Positions 55,057 through 64,000 of a DNA stretch of 64,000 bases are shown piece by piece. A program made the position numbers and the translations under genes. The stretch spans positions 3,133 to 67,132 of the forward strand of contig JBNJGL010000006.1 in NCBI GenBank assembly GCA_051747745.1. Reading direction: 5' to 3'. The stretch's first letter is position 1. Every line of letters starts with the position of its first letter. Below the pieces are notes generated by a model. That model did not search any database. It was not told the origin of the DNA and was given only the letters and a program-made list of their open reading frames with translations. The DNA comes from Bacillota bacterium. Lineage in GTDB: Bacteria; Bacillota; Halanaerobiia; Halanaerobiales; Halanaerobiaceae.

Positions 55057-56224
55057 TAATAAATCATCTTATGAGAACAGACTATCTTACGAAAAACCTT
55101 TTGGTATATATATTCATATTCCTTTCTGTGCCAGCAAATGCAGGTACTGTGATTTTTATTCATGCAGCTATAAAAACAGCCTGGTTGAGAAATATTTTGA
55201 GTCGCTTTTTATTGAGTTTGAAAACATGCTTTCTACAGTTCAAAATGAACTTATTAGATCAATATATATTGGTGGTGGAACACCATCTTTAATTAAAGCA
55301 GAGTATATTTTTGAGATTATAAAAAAAATAAAAAAGAACTTCAGCTATCCCCCAAATATGGAGATTACACTTGAGGCAAATCCAGATAGTTTGAGCGAAA
55401 AACGTCTGGTTAAATATCGTCAAGTGGGTATTAATCGCCTGAGTCTGGGGGTACAGTCTTTTAATGACAGTACACTAAACTTTTTAGGGAGAAACAGCAG
55501 TTCAGACAATAATAAAAAGAAAATAAAACTTGTAAAAAAATATTTTGATAATTACAGTTTAGATATTATATTTGCAGTACCGGGACAAAAGATGGAAGAT
55601 TTCAGAAAAGATTTAAATACAGTATTATCTTTTGCACCTCCACACCTTTCAATTTATAATCTTCAGATTGAAGAAGGTACAGAAATTTATAATGATTTAG
55701 TAGATGGGAAAATCGAAGCTTTTAGTCAGGAACTTGATGCAGAGATGTATGATAAAGCTGTATCTTTGCTTAAAGATCATGGTTATCAGCAGTATGAAAT
55801 ATCAAATTTTGCTAAAAAAGGATACAGAGCGGTTCATAATTATCTTTACTGGAATTTTACACCATATATTGCTCTTGGTCCGGCAGCCGCAGGTTTTGAT
55901 GGGAAAGTAAGATATACTAATAAAGCAGATCTGAAAAGCTATATAGATAAAACTTTAGAATCCGGACTTCCGGATAGAGAGTATATTTCACTTTCTAAAA
56001 AAAATCTTGCTGCAGAATACAGTTTTTTAAACTTGAGAAAAAAAACCGGATTGAGCAGGTTCTTATTTAAAAAACAATTCTCATTTCGGTTTGATGATCT
56101 ATATGAAGAAGAAATAAAAAAATTAAAAGAGTTAAAACTGATTACTGAACAAAATGGAAGAATTTTTCTCTCAGAAAGAGGAAAACCGCTTGGTAATGAA
56201 GTTTTTGCATATTTTTTGCCCTGA
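55043..56224 (+). CDS. hemW: radical SAM heme chaperone HemW (HemN-like)
   Basis: CxxxCxxC cluster [10 protein letters not shown]. lepA-hemW-hrcA synteny. Confidence 0.85.
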   Translation: MMQISNKSSYENRLSYEKPFGIYIHIPFCASKCRYCDFYSCSYKNSLVEKYFESLFIEFENMLSTVQNELIRSIYIGGGTPSLIKAEYIFEIIKKIKKNFSYPPNMEITLEANPDSLSEKRLVKYRQVGINRLSLGVQSFNDSTLNFLGRNSSSDNNKKKIKLVKKYFDNYSLDIIFAVPGQKMEDFRKDLNTVLSFAPPHLSIYNLQIEEGTEIYNDLVDGKIEAFSQELDAEMYDKAVSLLKDHGYQQYEISNFAKKGYRAVHNYLYWNFTPYIALGPAAAGFDGKVRYTNKADLKSYIDKTLESGLPDREYISLSKKNLAAEYSFLNLRKKTGLSRFLFKKQFSFRFDDLYEEEIKKLKELKLITEQNGRIFLSERGKPLGNEVFAYFLP

Positions 56225-56280
56225 TTAACCTTTAAAAGATTTGACAAAAAAAATACAATATGTTATTTTAATAATAGTTG

Positions 56281-56307
56281 TTAGCACTCTGCTTTAACGA
56301 GTGCTAA
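56281..56307 (+). promoter_or_regulatory. CIRCE operator (HrcA binding site)
   Basis: TTAGCACTC-TGCTTTAAC-GAGTGCTAA is a perfect match to TTAGCACTC-N9-GAGTGCTAA. Confidence 0.95.
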
Positions 56308-56319
56308 AAAGGGGTGAAA

Positions 56320-57369
56320 ATGATGGTTGAAGAAATTGATTCAAGAAAAAAGAAAATACTGCAGGCCATCATTCAGGAGCATATTATTTCTGCATCTCCA
56401 ATCGGGTCTCGTACCCTTGCAAAGAAATATAATCTGGATGTAAGTCCTGCGACAATAAGGAATGAGATGGCTGATCTTGAAGAACTCGGCTATTTAGAAC
56501 AGCCCCACACATCTGCGGGGAGAATTCCCTCAGATAAAGGATATCGTTTTTATGTTGATGCAATTGTCAGGAAAAATAAAAATCCGACTCCATCATCAAT
56601 AAAAAAAATAGAGCATATATATGAAGATATGAAAAGTGTTCAGGATATTATTTCTGGCATGGGGAAAATGCTTTCCAATATGACACATTATACTTCTCTT
56701 GTTAGTGAACCAAAGATTCAGGAAAGCCAACTGAGAAAAGTGCAGATTGTTGAACTGGAAGATTATTCTCTCCTGATTATCCTTGTTACAGATACCGGCA
56801 TGGTTAATAACAAAATTGTAAAAGTACAGGACAGGTTATCAAATAAAAAACTGGCTTATATAAATAAATATTTAAGTGACAAGCTGGAAAATAAGCTGTT
56901 ATCAAGTTTAACAGCTGAATATCTGACAGAGGTAGAAAAAGAATTGTTTGCCAGGATTGATATTTCTTCAGAAATTTTTAAACAGATATATAACGAACTG
57001 GAAGGTGTTTTTGAACCTGAGGGTCTAAAAGTGTATCTTGGAGGAACATCTTATATTCTTGAACAGCCAGAATTTAATGATATGGAAAGATTGAAAAAAG
57101 TATTAAAACTGCTTGATCAAGAAGAAACACTGAGCAGACTTATAAGTGATTTTTCTGATTCTGATTTGGAAATTAGAATTGGTCAGGAAAATGAAATTGA
57201 AGATATGCAGAACTGCAGTCTTGTTGTGGCAACATATTATCTTTCCAATCGAGCAGTTGGTAAAATTGGAGTCATTGGTCCAACACGGATGGAATATCCA
57301 AAAGTTATTTCATCTGTTGATATTATATCTGATATGTTAGGAAAATTAATTTCGAAAGCAAGTAGGTGA
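56320..57369 (+). CDS. hrcA: heat-inducible transcription repressor HrcA
   Basis: Winged-helix N-terminus (ILQAIIQEHI...GSRTLAKKY) at the head of the dnaK operon. ATG 56320 or 56323 follows AAAGGGGTG. Confidence 0.92.
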   Translation: MMVEEIDSRKKKILQAIIQEHIISASPIGSRTLAKKYNLDVSPATIRNEMADLEELGYLEQPHTSAGRIPSDKGYRFYVDAIVRKNKNPTPSSIKKIEHIYEDMKSVQDIISGMGKMLSNMTHYTSLVSEPKIQESQLRKVQIVELEDYSLLIILVTDTGMVNNKIVKVQDRLSNKKLAYINKYLSDKLENKLLSSLTAEYLTEVEKELFARIDISSEIFKQIYNELEGVFEPEGLKVYLGGTSYILEQPEFNDMERLKKVLKLLDQEETLSRLISDFSDSDLEIRIGQENEIEDMQNCSLVVATYYLSNRAVGKIGVIGPTRMEYPKVISSVDIISDMLGKLISKASR

Positions 57370-57374
57370 TAATA

Positions 57375-57989
57375 ATGGAAAAAACAGAAAAAAAACCAAA
57401 TATGGAAAAAGAGGCTGATCAAAATAATAATACACAGCCTAAAGAAAAGGTGGGGTCTGACAAATCTTCTTCAGAAGATAAAATTTCCGAAACAGATGGA
57501 GAAATTGAAGTTTCTAAACAGGAACTTCTGCATGAAATCAAGGAAAAAGATACGGAAATTGAGGCATTAAATAAAGAAATAGAAGATTTGCTTAACAGAC
57601 TTCAGCGGCTTCAGGCAGATTTTATCAATTATAGAAAGAGATCCGAAAAAGAAAAAAATGAAATGACCTTAAAAGGAAAAATAGAGCTTTGTGAAGAGCT
57701 GTTACCTGTAATTGATAATTTCGAAAGAGCACTAGATTCTTCTGAACAGGAGGGTGATTTTTTCAGCGGTATAGAAATGATTTATCGTCAGATTATAAGT
57801 GTATTTGACAAAGAAGGTATTAAAGAAATTTCTGCACTAGGTGAAGAATTTAATCCAGAGTTTCACGAAGCAATTATGAGAGTTGAATCTGATGAAGCAG
57901 AAGATGGTACCGTAGTTGATGTAATGCAGAAAGGTTATATTGTTGAAGGTAGGGTAATTAGACCGGCAATGGTTAAAGTTGCCTGTTAA
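57375..57989 (+). CDS. grpE: nucleotide exchange factor GrpE
   Basis: The acidic N-terminus, a coiled coil (RLQADFINYRKR) and a C-terminal beta domain fit GrpE. ATG 57375 follows AGGTGA. Confidence 0.92.
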   Translation: MEKTEKKPNMEKEADQNNNTQPKEKVGSDKSSSEDKISETDGEIEVSKQELLHEIKEKDTEIEALNKEIEDLLNRLQRLQADFINYRKRSEKEKNEMTLKGKIELCEELLPVIDNFERALDSSEQEGDFFSGIEMIYRQIISVFDKEGIKEISALGEEFNPEFHEAIMRVESDEAEDGTVVDVMQKGYIVEGRVIRPAMVKVAC

Positions 57990-58029
57990 ATAAAACTACA
58001 ACAGTTATATATATAAGGAGGAATTTAAA

Positions 58030-59907
58030 ATGGGTAAAGTAATTGGTATTGATTTAGGAACAACAAATTCATGTATGGCAGTTATGGAAGGTGGAGAACC
58101 GACTGTTATACCAAATAAAGAAGGTGGAAGAACTACTCCATCTGTAGTTGCTTATTCCAAAAAAGGGGAAAGAATAGTTGGTGAACATGCAAAACGTCAG
58201 GCGATTACTAATCCTGATCAAACTGTAAGTTCTATTAAAAGACATATGGGTTCTGACTATACTGTTAATCTTAATGATGAAGATCAGACTCCACAGCAAA
58301 TATCTGCTATGATTCTGCAGAAGCTGAAAAGAGATGCAGAGGAATATCTTGGAGAAACAGTTGATGAGGCAGTAATAACTGTTCCTGCATATTTTACTGA
58401 CAGCCAGAGACAGGCAACTAAGGATGCCGGAAAGATTGCTGGACTGAAAGTAGAAAGAATAATTAATGAGCCAACAGCCGCTGCTCTGGCATATGGATTG
58501 ACTGATGATAAAGAACAGACAATTCTGGTATATGATCTCGGTGGTGGAACTTTTGATGTTTCTATCCTGGATATTGGTGATGGAGTTTTTGAAGTTATTG
58601 CAACAAATGGTAATAACCACCTCGGTGGGGATGATTTTGACCAAAGAATTATTGACCATATTGCCGAAGAATTCAAAAAACAGAATGGTATTGATCTGAG
58701 AAAAGACAAGATGGCTCTGCAGAGATTAAAGGATGCTGCTGAAAAAGCTAAAATTGAACTTTCCAGTGTTAAGCAGACAAATATTAATCTTCCGTTTATA
58801 ACACAGACAGAAGATGGCCCACAGCATCTTGATATAGATCTTACAAGAGCAACTTTTGAAAGTCTTATCAGTGATTTAATAGAAAAAACTATGGAACCTG
58901 CCAGAAAAGCGCTAAATGATGCAGGAATGGATACTTCTGATATTGATGAAGTTATACTTGTTGGTGGTTCTACTCGAGTTCCTGCTGTACAGGAAGCTGT
59001 TAAAAATCTAATAGGTAAGGATGCTCATAAAGGTATTAATCCTGATGAGGTTGTTGCAGTTGGAGCTGCAGTACAGGGTGGTATTTTAGCTGGAGAAGTA
59101 GATGATATTGTACTTCTTGATGTTACACCACTGTCACTTGGTATAGAAACTCTTGGTGGAGTATTTACCAAGTTAATAGATAGAAATACTACAATTCCCA
59201 CTTCGAAAAGCAAGATTTTCTCTACAGCAACAGATAATCAAACAAGTGTTGATATACATGTGCTGCAGGGAGAAAGGAAGATGGCAAAAGATAACAAAAC
59301 ACTCGGCCGCTTCCAGCTGACAGATATTCCACCTGCACCAAGAGGTGTACCACAAATTGAAGTTGAATTTGATATAGATAAAAATGGTATTGTTCATGTT
59401 TCTGCCAAAGATAAAGGTACAGGTAATGAACAGAAGATAACAATTAAATCAACCAGTGGTCTATCAGAAGAAGAAATAGAAGAAATGGTTAAAGATGCTG
59501 AAGCACACGAAGAAGAAGATAAAAAGCGTGTTGAAAGAATTGAAACCAGAAATGAAGCTGATTCCCTTGTACATCAAACCGAAAAAACACTGAAAGAAGC
59601 AGGGGACAAAGTTAGTGATTCGATTAAAGATAAAGTTGAAGCTTCAAAAAATGAATTAAAAGAAATACTGGAGTCTGAAGATGAAGATATAGATGAAATT
59701 AAAGAAAAAATGGAAAATCTAAAAGAAGAGCTTGGTGAATTAAGTACAGAGCTTTATTCTCAGGCCCAGGAAGCACAGCAGGGTGCTGCCCAGGGACAAC
59801 CAGGTGCAGGTCAGGCTCAAAATCAGCAGAGTGCTCAGGGAGCATCCGGACAGAATGCTGATGACAATACTGTTGATGTAGATTTTGAAGAAGTTGATGA
59901 TGATTAA
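58030..59907 (+). CDS. dnaK: molecular chaperone DnaK
   Basis: [17 protein letters not shown], and [13 protein letters not shown]. Confidence 0.98.
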   Translation: MGKVIGIDLGTTNSCMAVMEGGEPTVIPNKEGGRTTPSVVAYSKKGERIVGEHAKRQAITNPDQTVSSIKRHMGSDYTVNLNDEDQTPQQISAMILQKLKRDAEEYLGETVDEAVITVPAYFTDSQRQATKDAGKIAGLKVERIINEPTAAALAYGLTDDKEQTILVYDLGGGTFDVSILDIGDGVFEVIATNGNNHLGGDDFDQRIIDHIAEEFKKQNGIDLRKDKMALQRLKDAAEKAKIELSSVKQTNINLPFITQTEDGPQHLDIDLTRATFESLISDLIEKTMEPARKALNDAGMDTSDIDEVILVGGSTRVPAVQEAVKNLIGKDAHKGINPDEVVAVGAAVQGGILAGEVDDIVLLDVTPLSLGIETLGGVFTKLIDRNTTIPTSKSKIFSTATDNQTSVDIHVLQGERKMAKDNKTLGRFQLTDIPPAPRGVPQIEVEFDIDKNGIVHVSAKDKGTGNEQKITIKSTSGLSEEEIEEMVKDAEAHEEEDKKRVERIETRNEADSLVHQTEKTLKEAGDKVSDSIKDKVEASKNELKEILESEDEDIDEIKEKMENLKEELGELSTELYSQAQEAQQGAAQGQPGAGQAQNQQSAQGASGQNADDNTVDVDFEEVDDD

Positions 59908-59933
59908 TAAAAAAAGATAAATTGAGATTTAGA

Positions 59934-59958
59934 CAAGGGAGAGGTATGCTCTCCCTTG
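59934..59958 (+). terminator. hairpin/attenuator between dnaK and dnaJ
   Basis: Perfect 10-bp stem CAAGGGAGAG/CTCTCCCTTG, followed by a T-rich tract. Confidence 0.6.
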
Positions 59959-59998
59959 GTCTGTTCTCTCTTTTCTTTATAGATGAGGTGGTGTATTT

Positions 59999-61132
59999 AT
60001 GGCAAAAAGAGATTATTATGAGATCCTTGGAGTCAGCAGAGATGCTGATCAAAAGGAAATTAAAAAAGCATATAGAAATTTAGCAAAAAAATATCATCCA
60101 GATATGAATCAGGATGGTAAAGATACAACAGAAAAATTTAAAGAAATATCTGAGGCATATGATATTTTAAGTGATCCGGATAAAAGAGCCAGATATGATC
60201 AATATGGACATTCAGGTATCAATGAAAATGATTTTAACTTTGATGATTTTGCCAGAGGTGGCTTTGGTGGACTTGATGATATATTTGATATGTTCTTTGG
60301 TGGAGGTTTTGGCGGTATGGGAGGCCGTCAGAGAAGAAGCCCGCGCCGGGGAGCAGATCTTCAGTATAGACTGCAGATAACTTTTGAAGAAGCTGCATTT
60401 GGTGGTAAAAAAGAAATTAGAATTCCCAGAGATGAAGTATGTGACCGCTGTGATGGAACCGGGGCAGAACCGGGTTCTGAAGTAAAAACCTGTCCGGAAT
60501 GTAATGGACAGGGACAGGTGAGATCCACTCAGAACACTCCTTTTGGACAGTTCACCCAGGCAAAAGTATGTCCGCGCTGTGGTGGAGAGGGCAAGATAAT
60601 ATCGGAACCATGTTCAAAATGCGGTGGATCTGGTAAAGTTAGAAAGCACAGAAAATTAACAGTTAATATACCGGCAGGTGTAGATACCGGCACAAGGTTG
60701 AGGATGTCTGGAGAAGGACAGGCCGGAGAAAAAGGTGCGCCAGCTGGAGATCTTTATATTTTAATCGAAGTTGATAAACATAAAATATTTGATAGAAAAG
60801 GTGATGATGTTTACTGTGAGGTTCCCATCAGTTTTGTTCAGGCAACACTGGGGGATAAAATAAAAGTTCCTACTCTTGATGGAAAAGTACAGTTTGAAAT
60901 TCCGGAAGGAACTCAACCTGGGACAACTTTCAGGTTAAAAAATAAAGGGATTGCTCACCTTAATGGACATGGACGTGGAGATCAGTATATAAAAGTGAAA
61001 GTAATCATTCCTAAAAATCTCAACAAAGAACAGAAAAAGCTTTTACAGGATTTTGCGGAAATGAGTGGTGAAGAAATAAACCCGGAGCATAAAGGGTTTT
61101 TAAAAAAAATAAAAGAGGTCCTTAGTGTTTAA
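59999..61132 (+). CDS. dnaJ: molecular chaperone DnaJ
   Basis: J-domain HPD (KYHPDMN), a G/F region and four CxxCxGxG zinc repeats. Confidence 0.97.
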   Translation: MAKRDYYEILGVSRDADQKEIKKAYRNLAKKYHPDMNQDGKDTTEKFKEISEAYDILSDPDKRARYDQYGHSGINENDFNFDDFARGGFGGLDDIFDMFFGGGFGGMGGRQRRSPRRGADLQYRLQITFEEAAFGGKKEIRIPRDEVCDRCDGTGAEPGSEVKTCPECNGQGQVRSTQNTPFGQFTQAKVCPRCGGEGKIISEPCSKCGGSGKVRKHRKLTVNIPAGVDTGTRLRMSGEGQAGEKGAPAGDLYILIEVDKHKIFDRKGDDVYCEVPISFVQATLGDKIKVPTLDGKVQFEIPEGTQPGTTFRLKNKGIAHLNGHGRGDQYIKVKVIIPKNLNKEQKKLLQDFAEMSGEEINPEHKGFLKKIKEVLSV

Positions 61133-61161
61133 ATGTAAAATTTATACTGGAGAGGATTAAC

Positions 61162-61923
61162 ATGCATAGATTTTTTGTCGATAGTGATTACAATTCCGGT
61201 GAATCTGCCACAATTTCTGGAAAAGATTATAATCATATCAAAAATTCCCTGCGCCTTAAAATAGGTGACAGGGTTATTCTTTCTAATGGTAGCGGAATTG
61301 ATATGGTGGCAGAAATTATTGATTATCAGGAAGATAAAGTTTTATTAAATATAATCAGCAGTGGAGAATCTGAGGCTGAAGCAAAGCTGGAAATATATAT
61401 TGCTCAGGGACTTCCTAAAAAAAGCAAAATGGATCTTATTGTAGAAAAAGCAACAGAAATCGGATTTTATGGATTAATTCCTCTGGAAAGCAGCCGCAGT
61501 ATTGTAAAATATAACTCCCAAAAAAAATCTAAAAAACTGGCTAGATGGCAGAGAGTTGCAGAAGCAGCAGCCAAACAGTCCGGCAGAGGAATTATTCCAG
61601 ATATTTTAGAATTTAGAACACTGGAAGATTTGATGGAAATAAGAGGAGATTTTGATCATATTATTACTTTTTGGGAAGAAACAGAGAATCTGACTTTGAA
61701 ACAATATTTTACAGAAAATATTATAAAAAATAGAGATAAGTTGCTGGTAATAATTGGCCCTGAAGGTGGTTTTTCTACTTCGGAGGTTGAATTTTTGAAA
61801 AATGAATTACAGGCAGATATTTTAACTCTTGGTCCGAGAATTATGAGAACAGAAACAGCGGGTATTGTTGCTCTTAGCTGTTTATTATATGAAAAAGGTG
61901 AATTTGGTGATGAAAATGACTAA
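61162..61923 (+). CDS. rsmE: 16S rRNA (uracil1498-N3)-methyltransferase RsmE
   Basis: MHRFFV start and the SPOUT C-terminal motif IGPEGGFS. Confidence 0.85.
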   Translation: MHRFFVDSDYNSGESATISGKDYNHIKNSLRLKIGDRVILSNGSGIDMVAEIIDYQEDKVLLNIISSGESEAEAKLEIYIAQGLPKKSKMDLIVEKATEIGFYGLIPLESSRSIVKYNSQKKSKKLARWQRVAEAAAKQSGRGIIPDILEFRTLEDLMEIRGDFDHIITFWEETENLTLKQYFTENIIKNRDKLLVIIGPEGGFSTSEVEFLKNELQADILTLGPRIMRTETAGIVALSCLLYEKGEFGDEND

Positions 61924-63229
61924 AAAAGCTGCATTTTACACTCTGGGCTGTAAGGTTAATCAGTATGAAACAGAAGCAATGATTGATCTTTTTCTGGACA
62001 GAGGATTTGAAGTTGTTGATTATTCTGAAGCTGCAGATATTTATATTATAAACAGCTGTACAGTAACAAACGAGGCTGCCAGAAAAACAAGACAGATTGC
62101 TCGCAGAGCTAAAAGGGCAAATCCCGAAAGTCTGGTCGGTATTGTGGGATGTTATACTCAGGCTTTTCCAGAAGAAGTTGCATCAATCGATGAGATAGAT
62201 TTTATAATGGGAAGTTCCGGCAAGTCAAAAATTGTTGGAAAATCACTTGAACTTCTTAATGGTAAAAAGACAGACAATGAAATATTGGATTATTCAGAAC
62301 TTCAGGATTATGAAGATTTGGAAATTAAGCGACTTACTAATACAACAAGAGCGAATGTAAAAATTGAAGATGGATGTAATCAATTCTGCAGTTACTGTAT
62401 TATCCCATATGCAAGAGGACCTGTGCGCAGCAGAAATGAGAAATCTGTAGTTGAAGAAGTTAAAAATCTATGCAGTCAGGGTGTAAAAGAAATTATTCTT
62501 ACCGGTACTCATCTGGGAGCATATGGTTTTGATAAAAATAATAAAGATGCTCTGGCAGATCTGGTTGAAACACTGCTGGATATATCTGATATAAAAAGAA
62601 TTAGATTGAGTTCAATTGAAGGAACTGAAATTAGTAATAAGCTGATTGCTTTAATTGCAGAGGAAGAAAGGGTGTGTCCACATCTGCATTTACCTCTGCA
62701 GAGTGGAAGTAATAGAATTCTAAAAGCTATGAATAGACCTTATTCGCGAGAAGATTTTATCAAAACTGTAGAAAAAATCAGGGAATTCATTCCTGATATT
62801 GCTTTAACAACAGATGTTATTGTTGGGTTTCCTGGTGAAAATGATTCAAGTTTTGGAGATACAGTTGAAGCTGTAAAAAATATTGAATTCAGTAAAATTC
62901 ACGTTTTTCCATTTTCAGTTAGAGAAGGTACAAAAGCTGCCGGTATGAAAGATAAACTACCAGGTGATGTTATCAGCGAATACAGCAAGATTCTCCGGGA
63001 TATAAATGAAGATCTGATGTTGAAATATCAGAAAAAATTTTTAGGCAGGACAAAAGAGGTCATGATTGAAGAAGAGCGAGATCACAGGACAGATATGCTT
63101 ACAGGTTTTACTGATAATTATCTTAAGGTTCTTTTTGCTGGCCCTGATAATGCTAAAAATAAACTTCTTAATGTCAGACTTACTAATACACTGGATCCTC
63201 ACCATGTAAGAGGAGAATTGATAGATTAG
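61910..63229 (+). CDS. mtaB: tRNA (t6A37) methylthiotransferase MtaB
   Basis: UPF0004 N-domain (FYTLGCKVNQYE), radical SAM CNQFCSYC and a TRAM domain. The start is ATG 61910, overlapping the rsmE end (the track ORF begins at 61865). Confidence 0.85.
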   Translation: MKMTKKAAFYTLGCKVNQYETEAMIDLFLDRGFEVVDYSEAADIYIINSCTVTNEAARKTRQIARRAKRANPESLVGIVGCYTQAFPEEVASIDEIDFIMGSSGKSKIVGKSLELLNGKKTDNEILDYSELQDYEDLEIKRLTNTTRANVKIEDGCNQFCSYCIIPYARGPVRSRNEKSVVEEVKNLCSQGVKEIILTGTHLGAYGFDKNNKDALADLVETLLDISDIKRIRLSSIEGTEISNKLIALIAEEERVCPHLHLPLQSGSNRILKAMNRPYSREDFIKTVEKIREFIPDIALTTDVIVGFPGENDSSFGDTVEAVKNIEFSKIHVFPFSVREGTKAAGMKDKLPGDVISEYSKILRDINEDLMLKYQKKFLGRTKEVMIEEERDHRTDMLTGFTDNYLKVLFAGPDNAKNKLLNVRLTNTLDPHHVRGELID

Positions 63230-63351
63230 CAGGAGTTTGTCTTCTTTAATAGAATATATTTATAAAGAGCTTATTAAAAATTAATATATGATGTGTCCAC
63301 AAAAAGGTTATTTGCGGAAGAACCAATATATATATTTATGGAGGTGAGAAG

Positions 63352-63696
63352 ATGAAGGACTGCTTGTTCTGCAAAATTGCTGCCGGTAAAATGGATACAG
63401 ATTTTGTGTATGAAGATGAAAAAGTAGTTGCTTTTTCTGATATTAATCCACAGGCACCGGTACATCTTTTAATTGTACCCAAACAACATATTTCAACTAT
63501 TAATGATATTTCTGAAAATGATAGGGAACTGATTGGTCATGTTTATCAGGTTGCAGCAAAATTAGCTGAAAAAAATGATATTGCGGAATCAGGGTATAGA
63601 ATTGTAAGCAATTGTGGTGATGATGGTGGTCAGACAGTTTATCATATTCACTTCCATCTTTTAGGTGGAAGAGTTATGCAGTGGCCCCCGGGCTAA
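63352..63696 (+). CDS. HIT-family (histidine triad) nucleotide-binding protein
   Basis: HIHFHLLGG histidine triad. 114 aa. Confidence 0.9.
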   Translation: MKDCLFCKIAAGKMDTDFVYEDEKVVAFSDINPQAPVHLLIVPKQHISTINDISENDRELIGHVYQVAAKLAEKNDIAESGYRIVSNCGDDGGQTVYHIHFHLLGGRVMQWPPG

Positions 63697-63735
63697 AAAA
63701 CATCATCTTACTTAAAAAGATTAGGAGTGAAAATT

Positions 63736-64000
63736 ATGAGTAGTTTAAAAGAACGTCTGCTGGAAGATATGAAAAAAGCAATGAAAAATAAAGATAAGGA
63801 AAAACTCTCAGTAATTAGAATGACAAGATCTGAGATAAAAAATAAAGAGATTGAGTTATCCAAAGAATTGGATGAGCAGGAAATAATTGCTGTAATAGCT
63901 AAACAGGTAAAACAGGTTAAAGATTCACTTGATGATTTTGCTAAATCAGGCAAAAAGGATGTTATGGATAAACTTTATCGAGAAATAGAAATCCTGGAAG
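63736..64000 (+). CDS. GatB/YqeY-domain protein (3' end truncated by the window)
   Basis: ATG follows TAGGAGTGA. It begins MSSLKERLLEDMKKAMKNKDKEKLSVIRM..., typical of YqeY. It is absent from the track because no stop lies in the window. Confidence 0.8.
   Translation, partial: MSSLKERLLEDMKKAMKNKDKEKLSVIRMTRSEIKNKEIELSKELDEQEIIAVIAKQVKQVKDSLDDFAKSGKKDVMDKLYREIEILE

Noticed and set aside
58069-58709. Long antisense ORFs (196 aa and 141 aa) inside dnaK.
   Set aside because: They lie opposite a highly conserved gene, have no RBS, and have low-complexity, atypical composition. This is a well-known artefact of the stop-poor antisense frame of dnaK.
59999-61923. Absence of prmA between dnaJ and rsmE, and of comEB between comEA and comEC, compared with the Bacillus order.
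   Set aside because: This is lineage-specific gene order variation. The junctions show no scars, repeats or gene fragments.
63708-63953. An 81-aa minus-strand ORF at the window end.
   Set aside because: It is antisense to a plus-strand YqeY-like CDS that has a good RBS and a typical N-terminus. That CDS is missing from the track only because it runs off the window.

Overview
AT-rich chromosomal segment from an anaerobic, low-GC Firmicute. My inference is Halanaerobiales- or Clostridia-like, based on the gene content and the acidic proteins. I could not run any search, so all product calls rest on motifs read from the translations and on synteny.

Gene order, left to right:
- A leuS gene behind a Leu T-box leader.
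- A sigma-factor-less partner-switching module (STAS, PP2C, STAS, RsbW-type kinase) sitting next to a tandem HD-GYP protein.
- A methyl-accepting chemoreceptor.
- feoAB behind a Fur-box-like promoter, followed by a small Cys-rich ORF and an RseC-like gene.
- A MATE efflux pump.
- A polar-amino-acid ABC transporter operon that also encodes an arginine-deiminase-fold enzyme. It sits behind two complete Arg-specifier T-box leaders in tandem.
- A roughly 19 kb selenium-dependent Stickland-type supercluster. It contains a tandem glycine riboswitch, then grdX-trx-grdE-grdA(U)-grdB(U). Next comes a palindromic operator/promoter, then grdA(U)-grdI-grdH(U) and a BCCT transporter. After that are a TetR regulator, a trxB fusion with a second trx, and grdC-grdD-nifS-like-selA-selB followed by tRNA-Sec.
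- glgC, an SbcD/SbcC-like pair, a GT4 glycosyltransferase, and a patatin-like lipase followed by a ClpX-type zinc-finger mini-protein.
- yedF-selD(U)-DUF3343 and udk.
- The conserved Firmicute block comEA-comEC-holA-rpsT-lepA-hemW-hrcA-grpE-dnaK-dnaJ-rsmE-mtaB-hit-yqeY.

Five in-frame UGA codons are read as selenocysteine: two in grdA copies, one each in grdB, grdH and selD. They are not pseudogene lesions.

I saw no transposases, integrases, phage genes, CRISPR arrays or rRNA.

The most unusual material is regulatory and architectural:
- the serial Arg T-boxes with compensatory substitutions;
- the glycine riboswitch and a perfect palindrome that split control of the glycine and betaine reductase arms;
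- a TrxB fused to a Cys-free thioredoxin fold;
- the orphan partner-switching module beside HD-GYP.
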